Source: Candidatus Electrothrix yaqonensis
GTDB lineage: Bacteria; Desulfobacterota; Desulfobulbia; Desulfobulbales; Desulfobulbaceae
NCBI GenBank assembly: GCA_047651235.1
Contig: CP178758.1
Coordinates: forward strand, 3,420,001-3,452,000
Length of the DNA stretch: 32,000 nt
Direction of reading: 5' to 3'
In this document: positions 14,979-23,063 of the stretch, piece after piece
How positions within the stretch are numbered: position 1 is the stretch's first letter
Layout: each line of letters opens with the position of its first letter
The notes under the pieces: model-generated
Told to the model about the DNA's origin: nothing
The model's database searches: none
What the model saw: the letters and a program-made list of their open reading frames with translations, nothing else
Translations under genes and position numbers: made by a program

Positions 14979-17438
14979 TTATTCCTTTCCTTCCCGATAT
15001 CGACCGCCGAAGCGGGACATCAGCGCATTGACTATCTTGTCGTGCAGGCCGTCAACCGTTATATCATCCAGAGTCTTTTCCTCTGAACGGTAGGTGACAG
15101 TCAGGGCTACACTTTTCATCCCCTGTTCTATCGGCTTCCCACTATACACATCAAAGATATCTGCGTAAACAACATTCTGTTTTTTATGGGCAAGTATATC
15201 CTGCAGCAGATCACCGGCAGGTACATGCTCCGGCACCAGCAGGGCAATATCTCGTTTCACGGCAGGATATCGGGGCAGCGGCGCAAATGACTTCTCGGCT
15301 TTTGGCAGTTCCGGCAAAGCATCCAATGAGAGTTCCAGGAAAAAAACATCCTGCTTGATCGAAAACGCCCGCCCGGCCTTGTTTGTCAGCTTACTGAGTG
15401 CACCAAGCTGCTCTTCGCCGTCCATAATGTGCAGCGTATAACCGGGATCGGCATACGCTTCAGTCTGCTCCGGCACAGCAAAACTGATCATGCCCGACTT
15501 TCCGCAGATACGCAGCAGCTGCAGCAAATACTGCGCCACGCCCTTGATATCCAGGATATCGCTCTCCTGGCCGGAGAAATGCAGGGGCGAAGACGACGGA
15601 TAGCGGAACCCGCTCATAACCGCACAGAGCTGATACTGCTCTGCGGGCTGTTCCTTTCCGGCCTGCTGAAAAAAGACCTTGCCGATTTCAAAGAGCCGGA
15701 TATCGGTCTGCTGAAAGTTGATGTTGCGGCGGACATTCTCCAGCATTCCGGGCAGCAGCATGGTGCGCATCACAGCCTGCTCTTCGGTCAGCGGATTAAG
15801 CAGGCGGACGCAGTCTCTGCGGGGATCATCCGCAGGGATGTCCAGCAGATCAAGGTGTTTTTCCGCGACAAAGGAGTAGTTGATCGCCTCGGCAAACCCT
15901 AACCCGGTCATAACCGCAGCTGTCTCCTGCCTGAGCCGCCGCAGAGTATCCCGCTGCGGATAATCCATCGCAATGGCAGGCAGGGTGGTCGGAATCTCAT
16001 CGTAGCCAACCAGCCGGGCGATCTCCTCGATCAGGTCCACTTCCCGTTCAATATCCACCCGGAAAGGGGGGACGGTCACGGTCAGAACACCGTTTTCGTC
16101 GCTACCGTCATCCGTCACTGTAAAATCAATACCGCGCAGATATTCGGCAATTCGGCTGCTGCTCAGGCTGACGCCGAGCAGGGTATTGACCCGCTCCACC
16201 CGGAGGGCAAGCTGCAGAACCTCCTTTTTACCGGGATATAGATCAATACCGCCCTCAACCACCGTGGCTCCGGCCAATTCGCAGAGCAGCTGCACAGCCC
16301 GTTCCATTGCCTCGGTCACGCCGTCCGGGTTCACCCCGCGTTCAAAACGGTAAGATGCCTCAGTGGACAGGTTTAGTCTGCGGGCGGTCCGCCGGACAGA
16401 AACCGGGTTAAAACAGGCAGACTCCAGCAGTATTTCTCCAGTCTGTTCTGTGACCTCGGAATGCAGTCCGCCCATGACCCCGGCCACAGCCACAGGCTTT
16501 TCCGCGTCGCAGATCATGAGCATATCAGGTTCGATCCTGCGTTCAGTATTGTCCAAGGTGGTGAAAGTCGTTTCCGGGGCCCGGGGGCAGCGGACTTCAA
16601 TCGTCCCTCCTGCCAGCTCGGCAAAGTCAAAGGCATGGAGCGGCTGCCCGTACTCCAGCATAACAAAATTCGTGATATCAACAACGTTATTGATGGGACG
16701 CATCCCCACAGCCAGCAGCTGCCGCCGGAGCCACCAGGGCGAGGGCTTGATCTCCACCCCGGTCAGTCTGCGGGCAGCATAACGCGGACAGAGTTCCGGT
16801 TCAGCAATGGTGACGGTAAAGGTAAATGCAGGCGAAGTGCTGCCCAGTTCCGGGACAGAGGAAACCGGCTGCTGCATCTTCTGGCCGGTAAATCCGGCAA
16901 CCTCACGGGCAATCCCTAACACACTGGCGCAGTCAGGGCGGTTGGGTGTGAGATCGATTTCTATTGTGGTATCTGCAAGATCGAGTACCTCGATAAGAGA
17001 GCGGCCGGACTCCAGTCCCGAATCCAACTCGATAATTCCGCTCTGTTCCTCGCTTCTTATACCCAGTTCCTGCCAAGAACAGAGCATACCTTCGGATACC
17101 TCGCCCCGTACCTTGGCCTTTTTGATCTTCATTCCCCCGGGCAGGCGGACACCGGGCCGGGCAATGGCTGTGACCAGTCCGGGCCGGACATTCGGGGCAC
17201 CACAGATCACAGGAATCTGCTCCTCCCCGACCTCAACCTCGCACAGAGTGAGCCGGTCCGCATTGGGATGTTTTTCCACAGAACGGACTTTTGCGGTCAG
17301 GACAGCATCAAGGCCGACGTGCAGGTGTTCAACGGCATCAACCTCAAGCCCGAGCATGGTCAGGCGTTCTGCCAGCTGCTCCGGGGTCAGCCCGTCGAGA
17401 GAAATATAGTTGCCAAGCCAGCTGAGGGTGAATTTCAT
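14979..17438 (-). CDS. pheT: Phenylalanine--tRNA ligase beta subunit
   Basis: MKFTLSWL start, tRNA-binding domain, B3_4/B5 regions and a FDX-ACB C-terminal domain. 819 aa. It follows pheS. Confidence 0.95.
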   Translation of the reverse strand: MKFTLSWLGNYISLDGLTPEQLAERLTMLGLEVDAVEHLHVGLDAVLTAKVRSVEKHPNADRLTLCEVEVGEEQIPVICGAPNVRPGLVTAIARPGVRLPGGMKIKKAKVRGEVSEGMLCSWQELGIRSEEQSGIIELDSGLESGRSLIEVLDLADTTIEIDLTPNRPDCASVLGIAREVAGFTGQKMQQPVSSVPELGSTSPAFTFTVTIAEPELCPRYAARRLTGVEIKPSPWWLRRQLLAVGMRPINNVVDITNFVMLEYGQPLHAFDFAELAGGTIEVRCPRAPETTFTTLDNTERRIEPDMLMICDAEKPVAVAGVMGGLHSEVTEQTGEILLESACFNPVSVRRTARRLNLSTEASYRFERGVNPDGVTEAMERAVQLLCELAGATVVEGGIDLYPGKKEVLQLALRVERVNTLLGVSLSSSRIAEYLRGIDFTVTDDGSDENGVLTVTVPPFRVDIEREVDLIEEIARLVGYDEIPTTLPAIAMDYPQRDTLRRLRQETAAVMTGLGFAEAINYSFVAEKHLDLLDIPADDPRRDCVRLLNPLTEEQAVMRTMLLPGMLENVRRNINFQQTDIRLFEIGKVFFQQAGKEQPAEQYQLCAVMSGFRYPSSSPLHFSGQESDILDIKGVAQYLLQLLRICGKSGMISFAVPEQTEAYADPGYTLHIMDGEEQLGALSKLTNKAGRAFSIKQDVFFLELSLDALPELPKAEKSFAPLPRYPAVKRDIALLVPEHVPAGDLLQDILAHKKQNVVYADIFDVYSGKPIEQGMKSVALTVTYRSEEKTLDDITVDGLHDKIVNALMSRFGGRYREGKE

Positions 17439-17559
17439 GAGAATAGACAGACAGTTAAGATCAGATTGTTTTCTGTAAAAAAATATCAGGAAGGCGAGCC
17501 GGTCAGAGCAGTAAAAACAAACTCAAACCGGCGGGAGACTGCGGAAAGACTAAAACGGC

Positions 17560-18576
17560 TTAAAATTGATTGAGGAATCTCAAATCGTTTTCGTAGTAGA
17601 GCCGGATATCATCAATGCCGTATTTGAGCATGGCAATCCGCTCCACTCCGAGGCCGAAGGCAAAGCCGGAAAACTCATCCGGATCAAATCCGACCATCTT
17701 CATAACCTCAGGATCGATCAGGCCTGCACCGAGGATTTCAATCCAGCCAGTCCGCTTGCAGACCCTGCATCCCTCGCCCTTGCAGATCACGCAGGCGATA
17801 TCCACTTCCGCACTGGGTTCGGTAAAGGGAAAGAAACTCGGCCGGAAACGGACAGGGAGTTCCTCGGCAAAAATCCGTTGGATGGAAATGGTCAGCACCC
17901 CTTTCAGATCAGCAAAGGAGACCTGCCGGTCAACCATGAACCCTTCCACCTGATGAAACATGGGCGTATGGGTGATGTCGGAATCACAGCGGTACACCTT
18001 GCCCGGAGCGATATAACGCAGGGGAGGTTCCTGATTCTCCATAATCCTGGCCTGCATGGTCGAGGTATGGGTGCGCAGGAGGATGGAATCCGACACATAG
18101 AAGGTGTCGTGCATATCTCTGGCCGGGTGGTGCTTCGGGATATTCAGGGCCTCAAAATTATAGTAATCCGTTTCCACATCCGGGCCTTCAGCCACAGCAA
18201 AGCCCATGCCTTCAAAGACCGAACAGATTTCCTCCATCACCTGGGTGACGGGATGCAATTTGCCAGCAGGAAAAAAGCGACCGGGCAGGCTGAGATCAAT
18301 TCCCACTGCCGTCCGGTTGTCCTCATCCTCTCCTGCTGCAACAGCTTCTTTCCTGGCGAGAAAGAGTTGTTCCACATCTTTTTTGACCGTATTGGCCAGC
18401 TGGCCGAGCCGGGGCCGGTCTTCCTTGGCCACCTGCCCTAACTGCTTCATGACCGTAGAAAGCAGACCTTTGCGACCAAGGAATTTGACCCGGAATTCCT
18501 CCAGATTTCCCTGATCGCGGATTGCAGATAAAGCCTCTTCAGCTTCAGTCTTCAGGGTCTGCAGTCTGCCTTCCAT
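17560..18576 (-). CDS. pheS: Phenylalanine--tRNA ligase alpha subunit
   Basis: From the internal Met ([16 protein letters not shown]...) the product is 338 aa, with GGGAG upstream. Class II motifs are present ([36 protein letters not shown]). The longer listed ORF would overlap rplT. Confidence 0.95.
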   Translation of the reverse strand: MEGRLQTLKTEAEEALSAIRDQGNLEEFRVKFLGRKGLLSTVMKQLGQVAKEDRPRLGQLANTVKKDVEQLFLARKEAVAAGEDEDNRTAVGIDLSLPGRFFPAGKLHPVTQVMEEICSVFEGMGFAVAEGPDVETDYYNFEALNIPKHHPARDMHDTFYVSDSILLRTHTSTMQARIMENQEPPLRYIAPGKVYRCDSDITHTPMFHQVEGFMVDRQVSFADLKGVLTISIQRIFAEELPVRFRPSFFPFTEPSAEVDIACVICKGEGCRVCKRTGWIEILGAGLIDPEVMKMVGFDPDEFSGFAFGLGVERIAMLKYGIDDIRLYYENDLRFLNQF

Positions 18577-18604
18577 TACGTACTCCCGTACTCCGTAACC
18601 CGTC

Positions 18605-18967
18605 TCAGGATGCTGCAGGCTGAATACCGGCGGCCCGGACAACCTCAGTAAAGGCGGCAGGATCAACAATGGCCAGATTGGAGAGCACCTTGCGGTCCAG
18701 CTCAATGCCTGCTTTCTGCAGACCGTGCATCAGCCTGCTGTAGCTGGTGTCGTTCAGACGGGCGGCTGCATTGATGCGGGTGATCCAGAGCCGACGGAAA
18801 TTCCGTTTTTTAGTTCTTCTGTCCCGATAGGCATAGCAGAGCGCCCGGTCAACAGCCTCTGTTGCTGTCCGGTACAGCCGGCTTCTGCCGCCTCGATATC
18901 CTTTGGCCAGTTTCAGGACTTTATTTCTTCTGCGGCGGGCCTTAAACCCGCGTGTTACTCGTGGCAT
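18605..18967 (-). CDS. rplT: 50S ribosomal protein L20
   Basis: [35 protein letters not shown]... is canonical L20. Confidence 0.97.
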   Translation of the reverse strand: MPRVTRGFKARRRRNKVLKLAKGYRGGRSRLYRTATEAVDRALCYAYRDRRTKKRNFRRLWITRINAAARLNDTSYSRLMHGLQKAGIELDRKVLSNLAIVDPAAFTEVVRAAGIQPAAS

Positions 18968-19042
18968 TCGTGTACTCCGTTCCTTGTTCTGCTTCTACTG
19001 ACTCTACTGAATAACTTATTTTCTACCTGTACTTACATATCC

Positions 19043-19240
19043 CTACATATAGGGCAGCATACGCTTGACCGCCTTGGTATCGGCAGCATCAATCAGACCG
19101 CTCTGCCGCAGATTGCGTTTCCGCTTCGGCGATTTGCTGGTCAGAATATGCGAGGTAAAGGCTTTGCTTCTCCGTATTTTTCCGCTGCCGGTTGCCTTGA
19201 AACGCTTGGCAGCTCCCCGGTTGGTTTTCATCTTGGGCAT
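19043..19240 (-). CDS. rpmI: 50S ribosomal protein L35
   Basis: [24 protein letters not shown]... (65 aa) with GAGGAG upstream. The listed ORF adds 8 unsupported codons. Confidence 0.95.
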   Translation of the reverse strand: MPKMKTNRGAAKRFKATGSGKIRRSKAFTSHILTSKSPKRKRNLRQSGLIDAADTKAVKRMLPYM

Positions 19241-19260
19241 GATATTCTTCTCCTCTGCTC

Positions 19261-19292
19261 CCATGCCGATTCCGTTCCCGAATCCGGCATGG
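19261..19292 (-). promoter_or_regulatory. 12-bp (one bulge) hairpin abutting the rpmI Shine-Dalgarno; candidate translational operator
   Basis: CCATGCCGATTC (19261-19272) pairs with GAATCCGGCATGG (19280-19292) around a 7-nt loop. It ends about 9 nt upstream of the rpmI GAGGAG. Confidence 0.35.
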
Positions 19293-19349
19293 AAAGTTGC
19301 TGTTACGTTTTTTGATATTCTGTGTTCCGGGCTGATAACGGGCGGTCAA

Positions 19350-19895
19350 TCAGGCTTTGGGGCCGACAATCATGATAAGCTGCCGTCCTTCCATTTTGGG
19401 TTCCTGCAGGATGACACAGTCTTCACGCAGCGCATCAGCAATTTTGCCGATTGCCTTCTGCCCCACAGACTGGGCATAGATAATTTCACGCCCGCGGAAC
19501 TGCATGGTGACTTTCACTTTATTCTTCTTTTCAAGAAATCCTTTGATTTTCCTGATCTTGAAATTCAAGTCATGCTCTTCGGTCTTCGGACGGAACTTGA
19601 TTTCCTTTGTCTCGACAACAGTCTGATTTTTCTTTGCTTCCTGCTGTTTTTTCTTCAGCTCATACCGGTATTTGTCATAATTCATGACCCGGCAGACCGG
19701 CGGCTTGGCCTTGTCCGAAACCTCAACCAGATCAAATCCCTGTTCCTCAGCTATCTGCCGGGCCCTTGCCGTGGGAACAACGCCGATCTGCTCACCGTTC
19801 TCCCCGATCAGACGTACTTCGGGGTAACGGATTCCCTCGTTGACCTTGACTTTAATCTCCTGCTTCTGCGGGAGTTTTCTGCCTCTTCGTTTGAT
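19350..19895 (-). CDS. infC: Translation initiation factor IF-3, probable non-canonical ATC start
   Basis: VRLIGENGEQIGVV, PPVCRVMNYDKYRY, KEIKFRPKTEEHD and the C-terminal EGRQLIMIVGPK are canonical IF3. Starting at ATC 19895 gives 181 aa, and the N-terminus aligns with E. coli [26 protein letters not shown] lies 8 nt upstream. The listed GTG start (19973) lies inside thrS. Confidence 0.85.
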   Translation of the reverse strand: MKRRGRKLPQKQEIKVKVNEGIRYPEVRLIGENGEQIGVVPTARARQIAEEQGFDLVEVSDKAKPPVCRVMNYDKYRYELKKKQQEAKKNQTVVETKEIKFRPKTEEHDLNFKIRKIKGFLEKKNKVKVTMQFRGREIIYAQSVGQKAIGKIADALREDCVILQEPKMEGRQLIMIVGPKA

Positions 19896-19951
19896 ATTCG
19901 GACCCTCCTGATTCGTCCTTTCCCAATACAGCCCAGCAGTCTGCCAGGCTG

Positions 19952-21886
19952 TCAGGCTGTTTCCTGTCCGCACTCCTTTCTGACCAGATCCGCAAAGTCC
20001 TGCGGTGTCATGGGAGGCAGATTTTCCCCGTTGCGCAGCCGGACGGTCACTGTGCCGTCTGCCATTTCCCGGTCGCCGATAATCAGCATATAGGGTGTCT
20101 TCATGACCTGGGCTTCCCGGATCTTGTAATTCAGTTTTTCATTGCGCAGATCCTGTTCAACCCGCACTCCGGCCCTGCGCAGCTCGGCATATACCCCGGC
20201 ACTGTACTCGGCCTGGGCATCGGTGATATTCATGACCCTAGCCTGTTCCGGCGCCATCCAGAGCGGGAAAGCACCTGCATAATGCTCGATCAGCACTCCG
20301 ATGAACCGCTCCAGCGATCCCATCAAAGCACGATGGATCATGATGGGCTGATGCTCGGCCCCGTCCTGTCCAGTATAGGTCATGCCGAAGCGTTCCGGCA
20401 AATTAAAATCCACCTGAATGGTGGAACACTGCCAGGAACGACCCAGCTGATCTTTGATCTTGATATCGATTTTGGGACCGTAAAATACGCCTTCGCCCGG
20501 ATCGACCTCATAGGCCAGACCTTTTTTCTCCATTGCCTGCTGCAGGGCTTTGGTGGACAGATCCCAATGTTCATCGCTGCCCACGTATTTTTCCGGACGG
20601 GTCGAGAGATACACATCATATTCGGCGAAGCCGAAGGTCTTGAGCACCTGGAGGTTCAGATCGATAATATTGAAAATCTCCTCTTCCAGCTGATCCGGAC
20701 GGCAGAAGATATGGGCATCGTCCTGGGTAAAGCCGCGCACCCGCATCAGCCCATGCAGAGCCCCGGTCCGCTCGTAGCGGTAGACCGTTCCCAGCTCGCA
20801 CCAGCGGATGGGGAATTCCCGGTAGCTGTGTTTCTCCGCATTGTAGACGCCGATATGGAAAGGGCAGTTCATGGGCTTGAGCTGATAGGCCACCTCATCA
20901 ATCTCCATACCCGAATACATATTCTCGCCGTAAAAATCAAGATGCCCGGAGGTCTTCCAGAGATCCCGGCGGGCAATATGCGGGGTGTACAGCAGCTCGT
21001 AGCCGTGCCGGTAATGCGCGTCTTTCCAGTAATCCTCAATCAGCCTGCGCAACAGGGCACCACGCGGCTGCCAGAGAATCAGTCCCGGCCCAACCTCATC
21101 CTGAATGGTGAACAGGCTCAACTGCTTACCCAGTCTGCGGTGATCCCGTTTCTTGGCTTCTTCCAGCCGGTGCAGATATTTCTTCAGTTCTTTTTTATCA
21201 AAAAAAGCCGTGCCGTAAATCCTGGTCAGCATGGGGTTATGTTCATCCCCCCGCCAGTAGGAACCGGCCACCCGCAGGAGCTTGAAGCTCTTCAGCCAGG
21301 AGGTATCCGGGATATGCGGCCCCCGGCAGAGGTCAACAAAATCCCCCTGCTGGTAGAGCGAAACAGTCTTTGCGCCGTCCTTTTCCAGATCATTGAGCAG
21401 CTCCACCTTGTAGGTCTCGCCCTGCTCAGCAAAAAAGGTTATTGCCTCGGCAAGCGGCATTTCCCGGCGCCTGAAGGGCAGCCGGGCTTTGATGATTGCC
21501 GTCATCCGCTCTTCAATAGCGGCAAAATCGTCCGGCGTAAAGGCGACCTCTCGGTCAAAATCATAATAATAGCCGTCTGCAATGGCCGGACCGATGGCCA
21601 CCTTCACCTCCCGACCGAAGACCTCTTTCACGGCCTGCGCCATGATATGAGCGCTGGAATGGCGAAGAATATGCAGGCCCTCTGCCGAGGCCGCACTGAT
21701 CGGCTCAAAAACTGTATCCTTCTGCAGAGTGACGGACAAATCCGCAGGTTCTCCGTTGCAGAGCACAGCCACAGCCTGCTTCCGCTGTTTGGCGGACAGC
21801 AGCTCTTTCAGCGCATCCTGGGCGGAGATACCGGCTGCAGCCGTTCTGGCTTCTTCACCGGGTATGGAGATGGATATGTCGGTCAT
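19952..21886 (-). CDS. thrS: Threonine--tRNA ligase
   Basis: 644 aa with a TGS-like N-terminus, editing-domain HSSAHIMAQAV, class II core (FRRLEEAKKRDHRRLG, RGFTQDDAHIF) and an anticodon-binding C-terminus. Confidence 0.97.
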   Translation of the reverse strand: MTDISISIPGEEARTAAAGISAQDALKELLSAKQRKQAVAVLCNGEPADLSVTLQKDTVFEPISAASAEGLHILRHSSAHIMAQAVKEVFGREVKVAIGPAIADGYYYDFDREVAFTPDDFAAIEERMTAIIKARLPFRRREMPLAEAITFFAEQGETYKVELLNDLEKDGAKTVSLYQQGDFVDLCRGPHIPDTSWLKSFKLLRVAGSYWRGDEHNPMLTRIYGTAFFDKKELKKYLHRLEEAKKRDHRRLGKQLSLFTIQDEVGPGLILWQPRGALLRRLIEDYWKDAHYRHGYELLYTPHIARRDLWKTSGHLDFYGENMYSGMEIDEVAYQLKPMNCPFHIGVYNAEKHSYREFPIRWCELGTVYRYERTGALHGLMRVRGFTQDDAHIFCRPDQLEEEIFNIIDLNLQVLKTFGFAEYDVYLSTRPEKYVGSDEHWDLSTKALQQAMEKKGLAYEVDPGEGVFYGPKIDIKIKDQLGRSWQCSTIQVDFNLPERFGMTYTGQDGAEHQPIMIHRALMGSLERFIGVLIEHYAGAFPLWMAPEQARVMNITDAQAEYSAGVYAELRRAGVRVEQDLRNEKLNYKIREAQVMKTPYMLIIGDREMADGTVTVRLRNGENLPPMTPQDFADLVRKECGQETA

Positions 21887-21920
21887 TTGCTCTGCCGAAA
21901 AATGCTCTCTATAAAAAGCT

Positions 21921-21964
21921 AAAAAAGGAAAGGCTAATGAGCCGGGATGCCGACCCTTTAGCCT
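21921..21964 (-). terminator. Candidate rho-independent terminator after tRNA-Val
   Basis: The minus-strand RNA has AGGCUAA (21964-21958) pairing with UUAGCCU (21937-21931) around a partly self-pairing 20-nt interior. It is followed by UUCCUUUUUU. Confidence 0.5.
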
Positions 21965-21970
21965 TTTAAT

Positions 21971-22045
21971 TGGTAGGCACGGGCGGTTTCGAACCGCCGA
22001 CTTCTACCATGTCAAGGTAGCGCTCTCCCACTGAGCTACGCGCCT
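21971..22045 (-). tRNA. tRNA-Val (anticodon GAC), CCA encoded
   Basis: The reverse complement folds by hand into a cloverleaf. Acceptor AGGCGCG/CGTGCCT (one G-U pair), D arm GCTC-AGTGGGA-GAGC, anticodon arm CTACC-TTGACAT-GGTAG, T arm GGCGG-TTCGAAA-CCGCC, discriminator A plus CCA. Total 75 nt. Confidence 0.9.
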
Positions 22046-22351
22046 GTAATTTTCTGTGCAATGATACTTGCGATTTTCATGTGCTTTCATATATCAGCCA
22101 GTTTGCTCCTGAGCTGACTCGGCGTACTTCCTGAAAACAGGATGACAATTACCAACAATCGCATATGCTGTCAAGAAAAAATACAGGAACCTGCCTCTGC
22201 AGTCATGAAAAAATGGTTTTCCTTTGCTGAACGCTGCTGCCGGAGCAGCAGGAAACGGGCATTTTCCGCGTGCGGTTCCACCACCCTTCGACTATATAGA
22301 CAGATGGTATCGAAAACAGTTTTTATCCCTTATTTCACAAAGGAGTTGAGT

Positions 22352-22996
22352 ATGCGCTATCAACTGAACCGGCTGCTCATGGCCGGATTATTTATTCTGT
22401 TATTTCTTCTGAGCGGACAGACCGTTCACGCCACTGTGTCCGAGTATACGGAATTTTACATTCCCTATCAGCGCAGGCAGAGCGAGGAGGTCTGTCTGAG
22501 CCGCCAGATCATGGAGGCGGAGTTCGGCATTCCCCTGGCCAGTATGATGAGCGGGATTTTTTCCCCCACCAGAACCCTGCACCAGCGGCACGGAATGGAT
22601 GATGAGTGGAAGAATATCAACCTGCTGGCCGGAGACGGGATCAGTATTCCTTGGGAACTCAACTTTGACCGGTACAACGAAAACGGGGTCTACGACTACT
22701 CCTTCACCCTGGACCTGGGGCCTTTGGCGATACAGAACGGTGATAATGCGGAAGGACGGCTGAAGACCCGTGACACGGCCAAGCTGGCCATCATCGCCAT
22801 TGTCCGGACAGCGGAATCCATGCACCGACCGGGCCGTTTCCGGATCTGGATTCATTTTGACAACCTGCCCTCCCAGACGGACTTGAGCGGCAGCAGGGTG
22901 TATTCGGGCAAAACTGACTGGCCGGGCTGGCCGTATACTTCATCCAGCCCTCTGTATCAGGCGTATCTGAAAGAAATGATCGGCAGCGGCTGCTGA
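22352..22996 (+). CDS. Hypothetical exported protein (no family recognised)
   Basis: AAGGAG lies 6 nt upstream of ATG 22352. A signal-peptide-like N-terminus MRYQLNRLLMAGLFILLFLLSGQTVHA precedes TVSEY. The in-frame upstream extension to 22142 has no support. Confidence 0.6.
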   Translation: MRYQLNRLLMAGLFILLFLLSGQTVHATVSEYTEFYIPYQRRQSEEVCLSRQIMEAEFGIPLASMMSGIFSPTRTLHQRHGMDDEWKNINLLAGDGISIPWELNFDRYNENGVYDYSFTLDLGPLAIQNGDNAEGRLKTRDTAKLAIIAIVRTAESMHRPGRFRIWIHFDNLPSQTDLSGSRVYSGKTDWPGWPYTSSSPLYQAYLKEMIGSGC

Positions 22997-23063
22997 GATC
23001 TTTCTGCTGCTCAAACCGACTTTACACGAACAGATTCCTCCATTGTTAAGCGGAAAAAAGAAC

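Noticed and set aside
20282-21922. 546-aa ORF on the plus strand, antisense to thrS. Similar long antisense ORFs occur at 8744..9670, 17566..18441, 19065..20093 and 24587..25417.
   Set aside because: Each lies exactly opposite a confidently identified gene. They have low-complexity, Arg/Gly/Pro/His-rich translations and no motifs or SD. Such open antisense frames are the expected by-product of codon bias that avoids TTA/CTA/TCA in the sense gene.
21887-21970. T-box or other leader upstream of thrS, and likewise upstream of pheS (18577..18604).
   Set aside because: The spacers (84 nt, mostly occupied by the tRNA-Val terminator, and 28 nt) are far too short for a T-box or a leader-peptide attenuator.
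22211-22251. Sigma54-like TGG...TTGC string (22213-22227) and a 7-bp hairpin CTGCTGC-cgga-GCAGCAG (22234-22251) upstream of the exported-protein gene.
   Set aside because: The GG-to-GC spacing is one nucleotide short of the -24/-12 consensus. The hairpin has no U-tract and no recognisable riboswitch context.
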